From Schmidtea polychroa (lineage: Eukaryota): DNA of 64,000 bases. The stretch is from NCBI GenBank assembly GCA_044892525.1, contig CM097885.1, positions 33,668,001 through 33,732,000 of the forward strand, read 5' to 3'. Shown here in pieces: positions 44,640-59,360 of this stretch. How positions within the stretch are numbered: the first letter of the stretch is position 1; every line of letters begins with the position of its first letter. A model generated the notes under the pieces. That model was not told the DNA's origin, searched no databases, and was given only the letters and a program-made list of their open reading frames with translations. Position numbers and translations under genes: made by a program.

Positions 44640-45220
44640 CTTTACTGTAATACTTTTTCAGTTAAAGTTGATATATCTAACTTATATTTTAAAAGTATTT
44701 CATTTTTAATTGATACTGAGTAAACCTTATCTAACTTGTCACTCATTCCCTTTCCTAACTCATCATGTTATGAACTTAAAGTATTTGCTTCGAATAGTTC
44801 TGTTGTAAGAACATATTCTCAAATTTGATCTTAACCTTACAATGTCATATTTAGTCAGTTCATAGTATTGTTCTTTACTTTTCTTTATTTGCTCATTATT
44901 TCTTTAATTACTTCAGATTAAATGTTGATTACTTAAAATTAAGAAATTACTAATTTCTCCAGCATTTAATCAAGTTTTAACAGTGAATTCGACGAATATG
45001 CCGTATGTAATAGCTTCATCATTTCTAAACGAACTTTTCACATCCATCCTATCAACGCATCCAGTTATAAGCAAGAACTCAAACAAACCAAGTAATGTTC
45101 TTGTAACATCTGGTAGTACGCTCTTAAGAAAACGCCGCCGAGAATTAGCTCAAGATCGCCCAATAGCAGCAGAAAAGGAATTTTCTAAGTTAGAGGAACA
45201 GTGTTGTAATGCACTGTAAT
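44640..45220 (+). mobile_element. Decayed gypsy protease/RT remnant
   Basis: FLIDT-like codons at ~44703; RRRELAQDR..AEKEFSKLEEQ resembles the gypsy RT N-terminus. Confidence 0.5.
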
Positions 45221-45504
45221 CCACTGGCAATTTTAAATATCGCTAGGTAGCTTTATAATAAGAATTTGTACTCATTTATCATTTACAATTAATGGGAGTT
45301 GTTATTTCGTTATATAAAATACCCATGTAATACTGGGATTTTATTCTAAATAAACTTTATTTTCAACTTAGCTTGAGATTCCACAGTGATTTATGAATTT
45401 TTCAAAAAAAACTAATGAGATTTATTACATTTTCAGGTTCGAGACATTTCCAAAAATTCCAATAATGACTATTTTAAACCTCAAACCACAACAGCCCATA
45501 TTAA

Positions 45505-46007
45505 CCCTTTCAATACTGTAGAGACATATTGTCCGAGAGAATTTCTAATAATTACTAAAATGCTTTGGAATCTGAGATTTTAGTACTGTACGGCCATAGA
45601 CTGGTAAAAAAGTCCAAACTTGTCTGTTTTGTTGCTGTTTCTTTTCTATAAAATTTTGTCAGTCTAGATGTTGCTAACAAACAGTAGACACGTGTCACGC
45701 TTATTACTAACTGTGTTTTTATGTGCTGTGCTCGAAATTGCCAAGTTTTTACAATTTTACTTATTTAATGTGCAGTAAGTTTTTTATTTCCAAAAATAAA
45801 AATGGGTCTTATGTGTACCAAATGTGTTAATTATTATATTAGATATTATGTCCCATCAGTATTGAATAACTTATATATACAAATTTTCGTTTTAAAAATG
45901 GATAATCCTGTGTCAGATCATTTATTTAACTATTTGTTGTTCCCGTCAAACGAAATTAGCTATAAATATTACATGAATTATTAAAATAAAAAAATCGTAT
46001 TGAAAGG
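45505..46007. mobile_element. piggyBac-like MITE
   Basis: TTAA-CCCTTTCAATAC ... GTATTGAAAGGA-TAA. Confidence 0.55.
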
Positions 46008-46988
46008 ATAATAAAAATCACATTTTAATGTAACAAATCATTAAAAGGTCAAATAATTTTGTTCGCCTGAGATAAAGAATCAGTAAGCTTATTAGACGAA
46101 ATTATAACACACATTATTTTCTCATAATTTAGTAAATTGGTCTAACATTTTTGAATTTTCTCGAAACTTTTCTAGCTTGAGTTTGACGCCCTCTAAAAGC
46201 TCTACCACTTCGGTTACACTTGTATTGATCTGTCACCAATAATACATTAATTAACAACAAATATATACTTTCGCCCATCACTGACCGACTGAGTAACACT
46301 ATTATGAATTTATCATGACCAAGCGCTACAAGTAAAGTGAATGTGTATATTTAATCGAATCCATGGGAAGAAAGGTTAGTCAATGACAAAATGCCATTTA
46401 CACCCAATATTGTTTTGCAAGAGGCTCTTCATTAAATGTAAGTTCGGCGACTTAGCGATTAGTTAATCATAAAAACAATGGAGACAAAAGAAATTGGACA
46501 CGACACCTTCTACGGTAACACATGAATACAGAGGATTTTCACGTCATTAGCAGTCCACATGGTTCATCTTATGTTGGCAACCACCACTATATAGGAGTAC
46601 CAACGTTGCTTGTGATGACTGTTTAGCAGTCAATAAAAGTTATTTCCCAACACGTAAACCACTAAGAAATTAATATTTATAATATTTATAATATTTTATA
46701 ATTTACGTAAAATTTAGAATAAATACTTAATGATTGCGAATAACCCTGTAAAATAGCTTACCGTTTCCTTGCTCAATATATATTACCCATAAATTTCTAT
46801 ATCACAATTATTTTGCAGTTTCATCACTTGACTTGACAGGTGAATAATCCACATTCTAAATCCGTTTCCTAAATTTCAGCAACATTGCAGAAACCATAAT
46901 CGAAAATCGATAAAATGTTGAGGTAAAGATTATTTCACAAAAAATTCAGGAGACAATATATATATATATAAATATAAAACACACGGTA

Positions 46989-49900
46989 TCATTGGGGATT
47001 CATGATGATCTGCTCGATTGTATCATCCTTTTCCGTTAACCATAGCATATCCGACACAGTCTGTTCTACCTCTAAATCGGTGTGCCTTTCTGACATCTAT
47101 TAAAATTGCTTAATCAAAAAACAAATTTCCCCATGAAATTTTCTCTACCGGCATCCAATTTTCCACATCAGTCGGAGGGAAGGTGAAATTGGGACCGAAA
47201 TTCACCGTGACTGAGGCCGGCTTATAAATCGATATTGCAGGATAATATGCACCGTCAAATATATCGGTAAAGGCTGGTCCACATGAAACTCCATTTTTGT
47301 AGAAAATAATCTTTTATGTGTAATTTGCAAATAATAGAAAATCAATAATAACATCGATTTTAACTCACTTTACTGTTTTCTATTGATTTCAATTCTTTTT
47401 CCGCTTTAGATGCTTCCTCTTTCTCTTCATAATAATAACTATTTTTGAATTTAATAAGAGGCTAAAAGATAATTATATCCTTAAATGTGTTTTTTCCTCT
47501 CAATAAAAAATCAATAATGCAATTTTTAATTGTGCTAATTGTTGAAAAAAAGAAATAATCGATATTTAAAAAATATACCGATACAAGAAATTGTTTTAAG
47601 AAAAAATAATCTCACTCGTTCTTTAAACGATTCCGGTAGTTTACCAAATAATGTCTGTGTAAGATTTTGCTTCGATACTCGTTTGATATTGGGAGCATTT
47701 GCCTGGAACATGCATCCAAGAACATCACCTTTCTTATAGCCATTATTCATGTAGTGTTTTCCTTTCGATTGGTGAAAAGCAGTTCCGAATCGTGATCGAC
47801 ATGCATAACTGAATTTATCAAATCCACACGGTGCTTGTAAATTACCTATTGGTTGAAATTTTCAAAAAAAATGAAAAACAAAAATTATTTTTTTGAAATA
47901 TGATTTCCATGAGAAAAAATTTAATACTCAAAATGAAAGTCCGGTAAACTTTCGTCTGTTAATGGGGCCATAAAATTATACCCATAAGCTTTTGCCTAAC
48001 AGACCACATAAGACTTAATCTAATCAACTCTCCATAGTTCACAATCTTCATTTTTTTAGATTTTTGTTTTAATGAAATGATATTCGATGTCGGCTAAAAA
48101 TAAATCGATTATATACTGAAGGTCAAATCTAAAAATCTAAAAACCCTTGCAATTTATTTCTATTAGAAAATGAGATACGAAACTGGAATAAAGTTTGCAG
48201 TTACGAGGAAATTTAACGGCTTCGCAATGTGGGTATCAATTTGTGCAACTATATGGTAAAAAAGAATAAAAGGAAGATTACATGTTAGCACTCGATGATT
48301 GTAGTTTTAACCTTCCTCTACCTAAAACCTCTCATGATACACGAATTACTAAAATGGGGCCATATTTGACCTCAATCGTTTTTTTTGTTTTTAAACATGT
48401 CATTAAGGTTCCTAAACCAAAAGAAATGATTAAAAATTATACTCGGGGACTTTAAAACTTTACTTTCAAATATTCATGTACTAAAATTTATATTTAAGAA
48501 AGGAAAAACAAAATGTAATAGAAAGTAAATTAATGGCTACAAATAATTAAGCATTACAGTTCGAACAAGTTGTTACATTGGATTCTGTATGTTCAGGGCA
48601 AATGTATGCAGAACATAACGAACATATTTGGTGTCTTTCAACCTTGGCCTGAATGAATAGCGATTTGTTTTCCCTTTTCCTGAATTAGCGGGTAGTAGTA
48701 AATAAGTAGTAAAATAAATCAGGTATCACATTGGAACTTTTTGTCAATGTTGTAAACATAATTTCAGGAAGGAAATAATAAATTTGCATAAATTTAATTT
48801 GTAGTTTAGGAATTATTGCAAAATTTCATACTCTTGGGCCATTTCTGACCCCATTTTAGGTCCAGGAAGGTTAGTGGCTCAACTAGTGAAATAATTGGTC
48901 TAAAATATAAGAGACAGTAACAGGAAATAGCATTATGCTCTGGATGATGGCAACAGAAAAAAATCTAAATTCATATGAATATGTTCGCTTTCTTAAAGGA
49001 TAAAGTTGTTCACAAACATTGGAAAATCATATCTGATTTGGTTTACGATGAAAATAAAGAAGATTTGATGAGAAAGCACGAAGAATTCAAATATGACCTA
49101 AGTTCAACAAGATGTACAGTGAACATTTTGTATAATTGTTGATGTGTTCAAAATAATTTTGTCGTTGTTTGTGAAATTAAATATTACCAATTATTGATCT
49201 GATTCTAAAGCATGTCTTTTTTAATAATTATAACGAGCTCCAGGCAGTAAAACCCTATTGAATACCACTTTAAAGCGACACAAATAATTCAATATTACTG
49301 TTTTGGAGGATTTACCAGTTTGTACCGCCCGGTTTCCATTTGTAGTGGTGATAACAGTGGGATTTAAAATTTAACTTAAACTTAGGTTTAGTTAATGACG
49401 ATTGCTCTCGTGCATTCATTTTTCTATATTTTCTATGATATGTTTAGTGTAAAAAACTTGAAAATTTGTTTATCTATGTTAAAAAGATAAAATTATTGTA
49501 GTTCCTATTCAACAAAATAAAAAAATTTGGTCTTAGTTGTTTATATTGACCGTAATGCTTTGCGAATTTGAATATGTTAATGAAAATGACGAAAAGTCTG
49601 AAAGGGAAGCAGAATGTTTTGAAAAGATGGAATCGGAAATTATATTTCAAAATGATAATGCACAAAATATCGATGTTTAGAACGTAATATTAATCTTCAA
49701 GTTCATGGAGGATTTCAAAAACATAAAATGCATAAGTATTCTGTTGTTATTTATGAATGCGCGGTCTATGACTGTCAAAGGCGGTTCTCTCCACGTAAAA
49801 GTTATGAAAAACATTCAGAAAGTTCAAGATCTCAATTTCGTAAATCGATATATCTATACGATGAATCTATATTCAAATTTTCAAAATATGTAAATGTAGA

Positions 49901-52900
49901 ACAGGCATCAACAGTTGCAAGATATATTAACGGAAGCAACCCAAAATTCGTATCTAAAAACAATCGAATAAAGAATTCTAATGGTATTAAAAACAGTATA
50001 GATAATGTGATATTAATTAATCCTAAACTCGTTCCTGAATTGAATCTCTCAATGCTTCATGTTCGATTGAATTAAATTACTGACGATTTATGATCCCGCT
50101 GGATATTTCAAATATTCACTGATTGGCTATTTCGTTACGTTATCTTCACAGTCCTTTATGGATAAACATTGTTCAAACGTTGTATCTGCAAATTCACTTG
50201 AAGTTGAAGGAAAATATAATCTATTAACAATCGCCGATGATAATGATGAACAAGGATTCTTGACAAATTCCCAAGCTAGATTCTATTTGGAAGAAAGATC
50301 AACATGTTACAGAGAAAGGGGATCTAGTGAAAAAATAAGACAATAGTATCACCAAAATGTGGTAGCAGAGCTTATAACAACCCTTCGGGAAGAATTGCCC
50401 TTTAAAATACAACTTGGAATTCACAACCACTTGATTACTGTACTGGTTTCAATGATTGGTAGATTCGATATAGTTGCTTTCTTAGCTTTAACTTGAATTT
50501 TTTTTAAATCGTTTCTCCAGTAACTTCCTAATTCACCTTGGGATTCGTTTTAATCCTGTTTTCTTTTTTCTTTACAAATTGTTTCTTTTTATAGTCTGCA
50601 ATCTAATGGCACTTACTGATATTAACTTTCGTCCAGGTTCTCTATTCTTTATGTCATCTCCAGTTACTTTATTATCTCTCACAGCTAAGTTTTAAAGGAA
50701 ATATTACAAAAAATTCTTAATTGCTCACAGGAAATCGGTTTAATGAAAATTTAATTTATATTTATGTTTAATTTATTATGTTAATTTATTATAATGTTTA
50801 ATATTTTGTTAATGATTATTACTATATCAATAGAATTATTAATTATTAAGTCAATAATTTAATTTATTTAATATTGGTATTGATAAATAAATCAATATGA
50901 TCAATTCCTACCAAGAGATTGAGACCAACCAATTCTCGCATGTGAATTATCTGGCTGCTCGACAATTTTAGCTTCGAAATACCAACAGCCTCGAGAAACT
51001 GGCTGAGTAGCTCGAATCATACAATACCCTTTATCACCGGTAACCAACAACTGGCTATCTGATAACTTTAGTTGGTGAGCTTTATAAGCGTTAAGCGAGG
51101 TGAAATGGAAAAAGAAATGATTTAACCTCTATCATTTGTAGCTAACGCAATTTGCTGACTAATCGTTACCCGGTAAAAAAATCCTGGAATGATTCGGCCA
51201 GCTGTAGCTTCACATTCTTCCCAAAGTTGTCTACCTTTAGCATGAGGATCAGATTCCACATAAATATATCTAATACATTTGGAATTATCTCAGATAATGA
51301 AATTTGAATTAGAAGATTAGATAAATAATTATTCTTAAAAATAAAGAGACAGAAATGATTCGTGGAATATTTTCATCGAAATTATTTTTCGGACTATAAA
51401 TCAATATTTAGCACAAAATATTGATATATAGGGTGATTAATAAGTCTCCATCTTTGTCATTGTTAATGTTCTGCTTCGATTAATGTTATTCGTGGCGTAA
51501 GAAAAGAGACAAAATCCATAAATTGAGTCTAGTTATGTAGAGTCATCTTTTCTGGTCATTGGATAATTACGGTGATTATCACTCACATTTTCTCGTTATA
51601 ACTCTTTTGCGTGTGGATTAAGTAACAAAAATTCTCTCTTCTAATGGCTTCGCGTGAACCTGAAATTTCGATGCAAGAAAATATGTATTTCTGGCTAGTG
51701 TAGCCATTATTGCGGCTTTAGCAATTCGGGAATTGGAAGCAAGATACAAGTGGAAAGCACCAGGTCGAACAACAGTTCAATACAGCTAGACAATCAGATG
51801 AGAATCTCAAGAATGAAGGGATTCACTATGTCTTAGAACCAGGGATTCAGAGCGGTGGTTAAAAACGCTCCGCTCCATTATAAAAAAATCTCTCTGGATT
51901 TAACAAAAAAAACTAAAATTTTATATTAAAATTAAAAAACATAAATATAGATTTTTTAATCATTCTATAAAATTATTATTTAGCTTGATCAGCAAAATAT
52001 CTTGAAGTCTTTCTTCACTCAGGCGACAACGAAGGTGCGAAATAATGATAATGATAAACTTACTTACCCAAGAATATTATTATTTAAAAAGACAAACATT
52101 AAATAATTAAAAATATTAATAAAAATATTCAAATTATAATCAGCTGTTATTTGACACGTCAACACAAACTTAGATCCCAACATGCAAACCTAAGTAACAA
52201 AACTTACACTAATTTTCCTAAACCGACACTACATTCGTTTTCGAATAGGAATTTTAAAATAATGGAGCGGAGCCGAACCGCACTGCTCCGAATCCCTGCT
52301 TAGAATACTACAAAACTACAAGCCAGAGACGAACGGCCTCGGATATTGGAACATCCCAATAAATCCGTTCATAGAATCTTGAGAAAAGAAAATATTCGTC
52401 CGCGTTATGAAATGTGCTTACGAGAAGGACGCAATATTGAACATCGTGTATAATGTTACTTTGTGTGGTATTTGTATTCTGATAATTCGTATAAATAAAT
52501 AGATACTCTTTTCTTCAATTTAAAGTGTTTTAATCCTTTACAAACAGAGACAGAGACTTATGAATCACCCTGTATATTAAAAAGTAAAATAAGCATCCAG
52601 GGCGTGGTAGTCAAGCAAGTTCCAAGTAAAAGAGACCATATTTTTTGATTTATTTTAATTTCTGACTTTTTTTGAATTTAGTGATATTATACATGATGAA
52701 ATTAAATACAAATTCGAATAGTATAAACCAAAATATCCAGGCTTATTATATTATCAGTGGTGGAAATTCTGAAATTCGGATTCCCGTAGAATATTTATTT
52801 CATATATCATATTAATAAAAAATTTAAATTATATAAAAACAAAACTAAAACTTAACAGACCTTAAATAGTAAAATATTTCCTCCTTGATTTCATATTTGC

Positions 52901-55900
52901 ATTTCCATTTTTCAGCTGCTTCAAAGGTCTTTATCAATGTTATTACGCAAATAAGTTTTTATTATTTTCAGTTTTGAAAAAGAGCGTGAAGCTGATACAG
53001 CAGTAACACGGTAATATGAGAAACAATTAGAATGTTGTGAAATTCTTGCAGATATAGTTGACAATTTTATTATTAAAATGTCAGCGAATTTCGCGTAAGG
53101 ATGATATTTCTGATATTTCATCGTGCAGCATTGATTTAAATCATAACTATTTGAAGCAGAAATTCTTATGATATGTTTACAATATATTTTATCTGCAGAA
53201 ATTATGATAGCACGTTCCACTTCATTAACATTAATTTATTTGGATAGATCCAGGAAAACAATAGTGTCACTTCTTTTATTCTTATAAACCTATTTTCGAG
53301 TTGGTTGATTACAACGTTCAAAACTTTTTTAATGATATTTTTATATTTGTGGTTTCATTAGAGCATTTCAGCGTATTGTATAATTTTTTTAATAATAATT
53401 TTGGACTAGTTTCGCCACTGTATATAATATTATATTTTAATTCGAATAATAATAAATTGAAGAATATTGAATTGAATATTATTTGATTTATAATATTGAA
53501 TCGAATAATAGAATTCAATAATATTGAATTGAATATTATTGTATTTAATATCATTGAATTGAATAATGAATTGAAAAATATTGAATTGAATAATAATATT
53601 AAATTTAATATTGGATTTAATATTGAATGTAATAATTTATCAATTCTTAATACTGTGTCATAGAAATCCGTAAATTATTATATAAGTGGAAAAATTCATT
53701 TAAGTTCAATTTATTATAATATAAGAATAAAACATATTTACATTATTAACCAAAATATTCTATTAAAATATTCAGACTTTATAATAATAATTACTAATCT
53801 AATAATTACAGTAAACCCCGCAATTACGACCTAATTGGTTACTGAAAAGAAGTCGTAATGTGAGCAGTCGTAAAGAGAGGTTTTATTTCCCATTGACCAA
53901 ATGTTATAAATGGTTAATTCGTCGTAGGTCTTGAATTTTGCTTATCTATTTGAATTTTCGCCTATCTTTAACAAAATAATTTCATGCAATTATATGCGAA
54001 CTAAAGGTCAATTCATTAATAAAGGAAGCTAACATTTGCTGCAGACAAATATATTATGAAAAAATACCATCAGTTCAAAAAACATTAGATTGTTATTTTA
54101 AGAAGACTGCAGCTATTCTTGGGGCTGCTCAACCTGTATGTGCCAGCCAATCAATGGAGGTTGATAATAAAGAGGTGATAGAAGATTTTACAATTGAAAA
54201 TGATGTAGTTGCAATCGACGATGAACCCATTGAATCACACCTTTCTCAATCACACGAAAAGTATCTTTTGTACTCAAATACGCAATTGTACCAAATTTAA
54301 TTAAATAAAATTGTAGTTTAAATTTTTTTTATGAAAGAAATATTGTTTGTATTTTAAATATTATTCACTTATTAATAAATATTAAAAATAAACAAAATAC
54401 TTAATAATATTCGGTAGTATTGTGATTGAAAACATGAATGCCTAGTATTTTGTTACAAAATTAGTCATTATACTTTCATTGAAGTTAGGGCCTAACTATT
54501 GTAGGCTGGGGGAATATGTGGCTAGGCTAGTGGTAATTGTGAGTCATGGTCGTGATTGGCCTCAGAAAACGAGGTCGTAGATCGGGCGGTCGTAAGGCGA
54601 GGGTCTACTGTATATTGAATTTAATAATATTGATATATAATGTTAAATTTAATATTGAATGTAATAATTTATCGATTTTTAATACTGTGTGATAGAAATC
54701 CATAAATAATTATAAGGAAAAAAATCAATTTAAGTTCAACTTGTTAAATTGACTATTAATTAAATTTTAAAATTAATATCTGATTCAATCCTATGAATTA
54801 AATTTGTGAGTTTATAAACAATTCGGGTTACAAATCACATACCGATAACTATCCTTATTAAAAGGATGATCGACAGGGTAATTGAATTGAGTAAGTTTAA
54901 CTTTAGTTTCTTCAATTCCGCGTTTTGGTTTACCAGTATTAGTAACCATTTCTCCTACTCTCGTTGCAGACGGAGCGGAAGAACCCGTAGTTATTGTTGC
55001 ATTATTATTAGTGGCCTTCCGTTTTCGGTTATTAGCATGCCAGCCTCCTGATTGAGGAAGAATTCCTCCACCAGTTGTTACCTTAGTTTTCAGTTGACTG
55101 GCAAGAATTCGAAATTGATCATAACCTGGTTTCATTTGATATAAATTCTAAATAAATTGCATCCTATTCATTCAACCCCATTATCATTATTATAATATTT
55201 AATTACACATAATTGCAAATAAATTTGAAACATCCGACACTGAAGGAAATTACTAGACAAACAAACCAGTCTCGAATTATAAAAAAATATAATTGATTAT
55301 ATAATATTCGTCAAAATCTATACGATTTAAAAATAATAAAAACTCAAATTAGAGACAAAAGATACAAACTTCAATTAATGATAATTAAAGTACATGAATT
55401 TATTTTTGAGAACTTTTTTTAATGAGAAATTCATTAACCATAAGTTAAATCGAATAACTAAAATATATTCCCAGGTTCAATAAAATTTATATAATTTAGA
55501 AGTTTATGAAAATTTTTAGATTAATTCACTTTTTTACGAAACTCCGCGGATGTTGCAATCATTTCCTCAAAACCCTCTCTAATGAACTGATAAAAGTACT
55601 ATAGGAACACAAGTTAGAAATTTTGGTACTTGTTCATTATCGGGATCCCCAGTAAAAAAAATAATAAACTTTGAAAATAACTTACGACATGTTGAGTGTG
55701 ACCAGTACACTTGTGAGCAATACCCAAAGGGGGACAAAATATTTTGTATATATCTCGAGTATACCTTTTGTTTGATACACATATTATAAAGTTTGAAAAA
55801 TTCGAAGGTTTTAAATTTAATGGATTTTATTGAACGACGATTCATTCAAAATGTAATTTAGAAGTCGTTTTAAGTCAGACCCTCGAAGGTTTATGGTGGG

Positions 55901-58900
55901 TCAATAACCTTCAAAGGGTTAAAACCTACGAATTTTTGCTGAATTTATATTTTCTTTAAAAGTCAATGTAGAAAACGTATAAAAATCAGAAATGCAATTT
56001 TGAATATCTTTGATTAGTGTTTTTAAAAGTGTCTCAATGAATGCGGTTGTGCTGAGATGAGATTACGTGCTTATATATGTCCAGTGATCTAATTTCTTCT
56101 GCCCTCCTATAATATAAAGTTTCTATTTACCTTAGTCATTGAATACGCACCTTTTTTATATTAGATAATTTACTTATATCACTTAACTCAAGGTTTCCCA
56201 AACTACATTAAATAAATGGGAGAAATGAGCTAAATTTCATAATTGAATAAAAAATACCTATTCTAGACCGAAAATCTTCAATCAATAAAAACTGCGAAAA
56301 ACGCCTATTTTAATTATTTTTATTGGGCATATTTGAAATTTTTATTGTTATCTTTGATTGTTTCATGTTTATTTCATTTCGGTCATAATCTGTGGCGTAA
56401 AGGTTTCTTTAAATATTTCATCTGGATACCGTGATTATAAAAATCTACGAATGATGTTGCTTTATTTATTTTTAACGGAATCGGGTTCAGCGTACTGATT
56501 TTGCAATATAATTAAATATTTAGGGCATTCTAGATAGTAATTGTCGAGAAAAATTTAGATTAATAATTAATTTAGTCAATAAATAGTCGCACAATAAGAA
56601 TGATTTCCATATTGAACGCAGCAAGAATATGTCAGTGGCAACAGCACTCATTAGTAATGCAACGACCGATGGTTCAAATCTCATTTCGAGTACTTTTTTT
56701 CAAATTTTTTTTTAAACAAAATATTCATTTGCTACTTATAAAAATTTTTAGGTAAATTGGTCAACGAGATATCTTAGAAATTTAAAACTAAAAACATTTT
56801 TACTTAGGCAATCATTGTACATTAGATAATTTAATTAATTTAACGTTACATATTTAACGCTTTTGCTAATAACTTTTACAATATAAATTGAAACAAATTA
56901 AATTAGATATCAATAAATAGATAATTAAATTTACTATATATATTATATCGAATTTTTTTAAATGAAATAATGGTGATTTATTCTAGAAAATTGATGTGGC
57001 TACACAGCTTTCAACCGTTTGATTGATAATAGTCTAGAACTAATTACACGAATGGTCAACTATTGAAGTCTATATGGAAATATAAAGAAGTCGATTTGAA
57101 ATTCAAAGATTTGCCTTACAACCTCGGAAAATTCGAAATAGAGTTGAATTATTCGTATAAACAGGCGGTAGATAAAAATTAGGAAGTTGTAGAGAAATAT
57201 AAGTTTCTAATCAAGTTATGTACGCTTTCAGACTTTGGTGTCAACATATGAAACTATTCCATTCGATAATTTCCTGTGAGCAATAACTAATAAACATTAA
57301 TATCTAACATTCCTTACAAATGGTTTATATGTGAAATTAGAGTAATATTTTTTAATTACATAGCCCTGTGAGCTTTAAAAGCTCATGAACTTAATATTTC
57401 TAACATATTTTCATCAATCTCTGGAATCTATAGAAGATTTACTAATACGTGGATAACTATTTAAAGAATATAAATAAAGCTAATTAAGTAACAAATGAAA
57501 CAATGATAATATAAATGTCCATAGCATAAAATTTTCATTTAAATGTAAATTAGCATATAATCAATTAAAATCAATAAATATTTATTTAAATTTAAATGTA
57601 GAAATATTGAATCAAATCTGATTTTGAAATATAAATAACAGTTCTAAAAGAATTACTTATCCAAATACATGAAGTATACATTGTTCGGAAGGGAAAAGTT
57701 GATTTTCAAATAACATTAGAATAAAAAGAGATCGATGCCGATAAAAAGTAATAATAAATTTATAATAATTATATTATCTTTATTAATTCGATCTAATTAT
57801 AAAAAATAAGTTACCGTATTTTTCAGACACACGATGACATCATCTCCGATTATATGATGTTTGAATATATCGTTGCTTATCTATAAATATACAAATATAT
57901 ATATTTGGAAACACGTGAATGAGCATAGTTAACTATTGTCTTAATGAGTTGTTTTTTATGTTAACTACCTAGTGGGGTATAACTCCAACTCGAGTACAAA
58001 GAAGCGAAGATTAGTAAAGCCGTTTATTTTGAAAGTGAAGAAATTCTACTTTTTGTTATAGTGAGATATGTGAAGACTTGCACTTTTCAATCAATTTTAA
58101 AATATAGATAAACTCTAGCAGCCAACTTTTGTGTTCCTTGTAGTTAAAGAAAATGTAAATTACTTATCTAATAATGTTTATAAAAGATGTGTGAAAAAAA
58201 TAGAAAGTTTGTTATATTCATTTGGTTTCGAAATAAGTTCGATATACACCAGGTATCAACAAAATAACGTCGTTTAGAACATCCATGGCCAACCGGTGGC
58301 CCGCGAATCGTTTTGATGTGACACGGACACAATTTTAAACATCAAATCAATAATTGTCTTTTTTAGAATTCATATTCGAATTAAGCATGTTTTTAATTTA
58401 AAAAATTGATTCTAAGTTTACTTGAATCGTAAAAACGAGTTATATTTATTTAAATGAATTTATTGTGGCCCGTGATAGTATTTTTCCGAAATTTTGGCCC
58501 TTCGATTGATTTGGGTTGGCCACCACTTGTTTAGAACATAGGTAAAAGTTCGCTTTTGCATTAATTTATATTTGCTTGAAGATAATGAAGATTTATATTG
58601 TAATGTTTGTAACATAAACTGAAATATTTCCTGGTTTTTACGAACAGACTATTGCTATGAAACTGGCATTTGAATAACATTTAGTAGAGATATCCAAGGC
58701 TCTTATGGCACTATAAATGGAGTTATTTGAGTTGGAGGAAGTTAGTATCATCAAATATCTTTTTGATTCTATCAAGGGTTGCATTGAAATGTGAAAAAAA
58801 TTCAGTTGAATATCAATTCCTACTATGGGAAACATGTCATTTTCTGTCATGTTTTGGAACTTACTGGTGCGTGCCAACAAATTTAAGAATGCAAATTGCA

Positions 58901-59298
58901 GATATTCATTTAAAGAATCAGTAATGACTGCGCGTTACGAATTTTGTTCCAGATATTTCGAATATATATATATATATTCGAAATATCTGGAACAAATATA
59001 TAAAGACGTAGGTATGGGTCATTTGCCCCCCCCCAATAAATTATTGATTTCCAAATATAAATTAGGGATTAGATGTTTTAATAACCTAATTAATTTCTAT
59101 CAAAAGAGTATTGATTGTATCCAAAAACTCTTGAATATGAGTTTAAGCTGTGGTACAAAAAATTTGAAATCACACTGGCAACTGCTGTAGATATAGATTA
59201 GCAATTTGCCGGTATCAACTTGTACAGCAGGGCGTTCTTTTTCATCACTTAAATACCTGAAAAAAGCTAAACGGTTTGGCCTAGTTATATATTCATCA

Positions 59299-59360
<62 letters not shown>

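Noticed and set aside
44331..45500. Plus-strand two-exon mini-gene (44331-44430 + 45438-)
   Set aside because: Splice sites look plausible but products are short or run into a MITE; unsupported.
55205..55255. Possible extra ASH2L exon
   Set aside because: Phase and content fit worse than exon 57815-57880, which joins its neighbours cleanly.
56625..56700. tRNA-like segment with B-box GGTTCAAATC and T run
   Set aside because: No convincing cloverleaf; at most a decayed tRNA-derived SINE (similarly ~5440-5470 minus).
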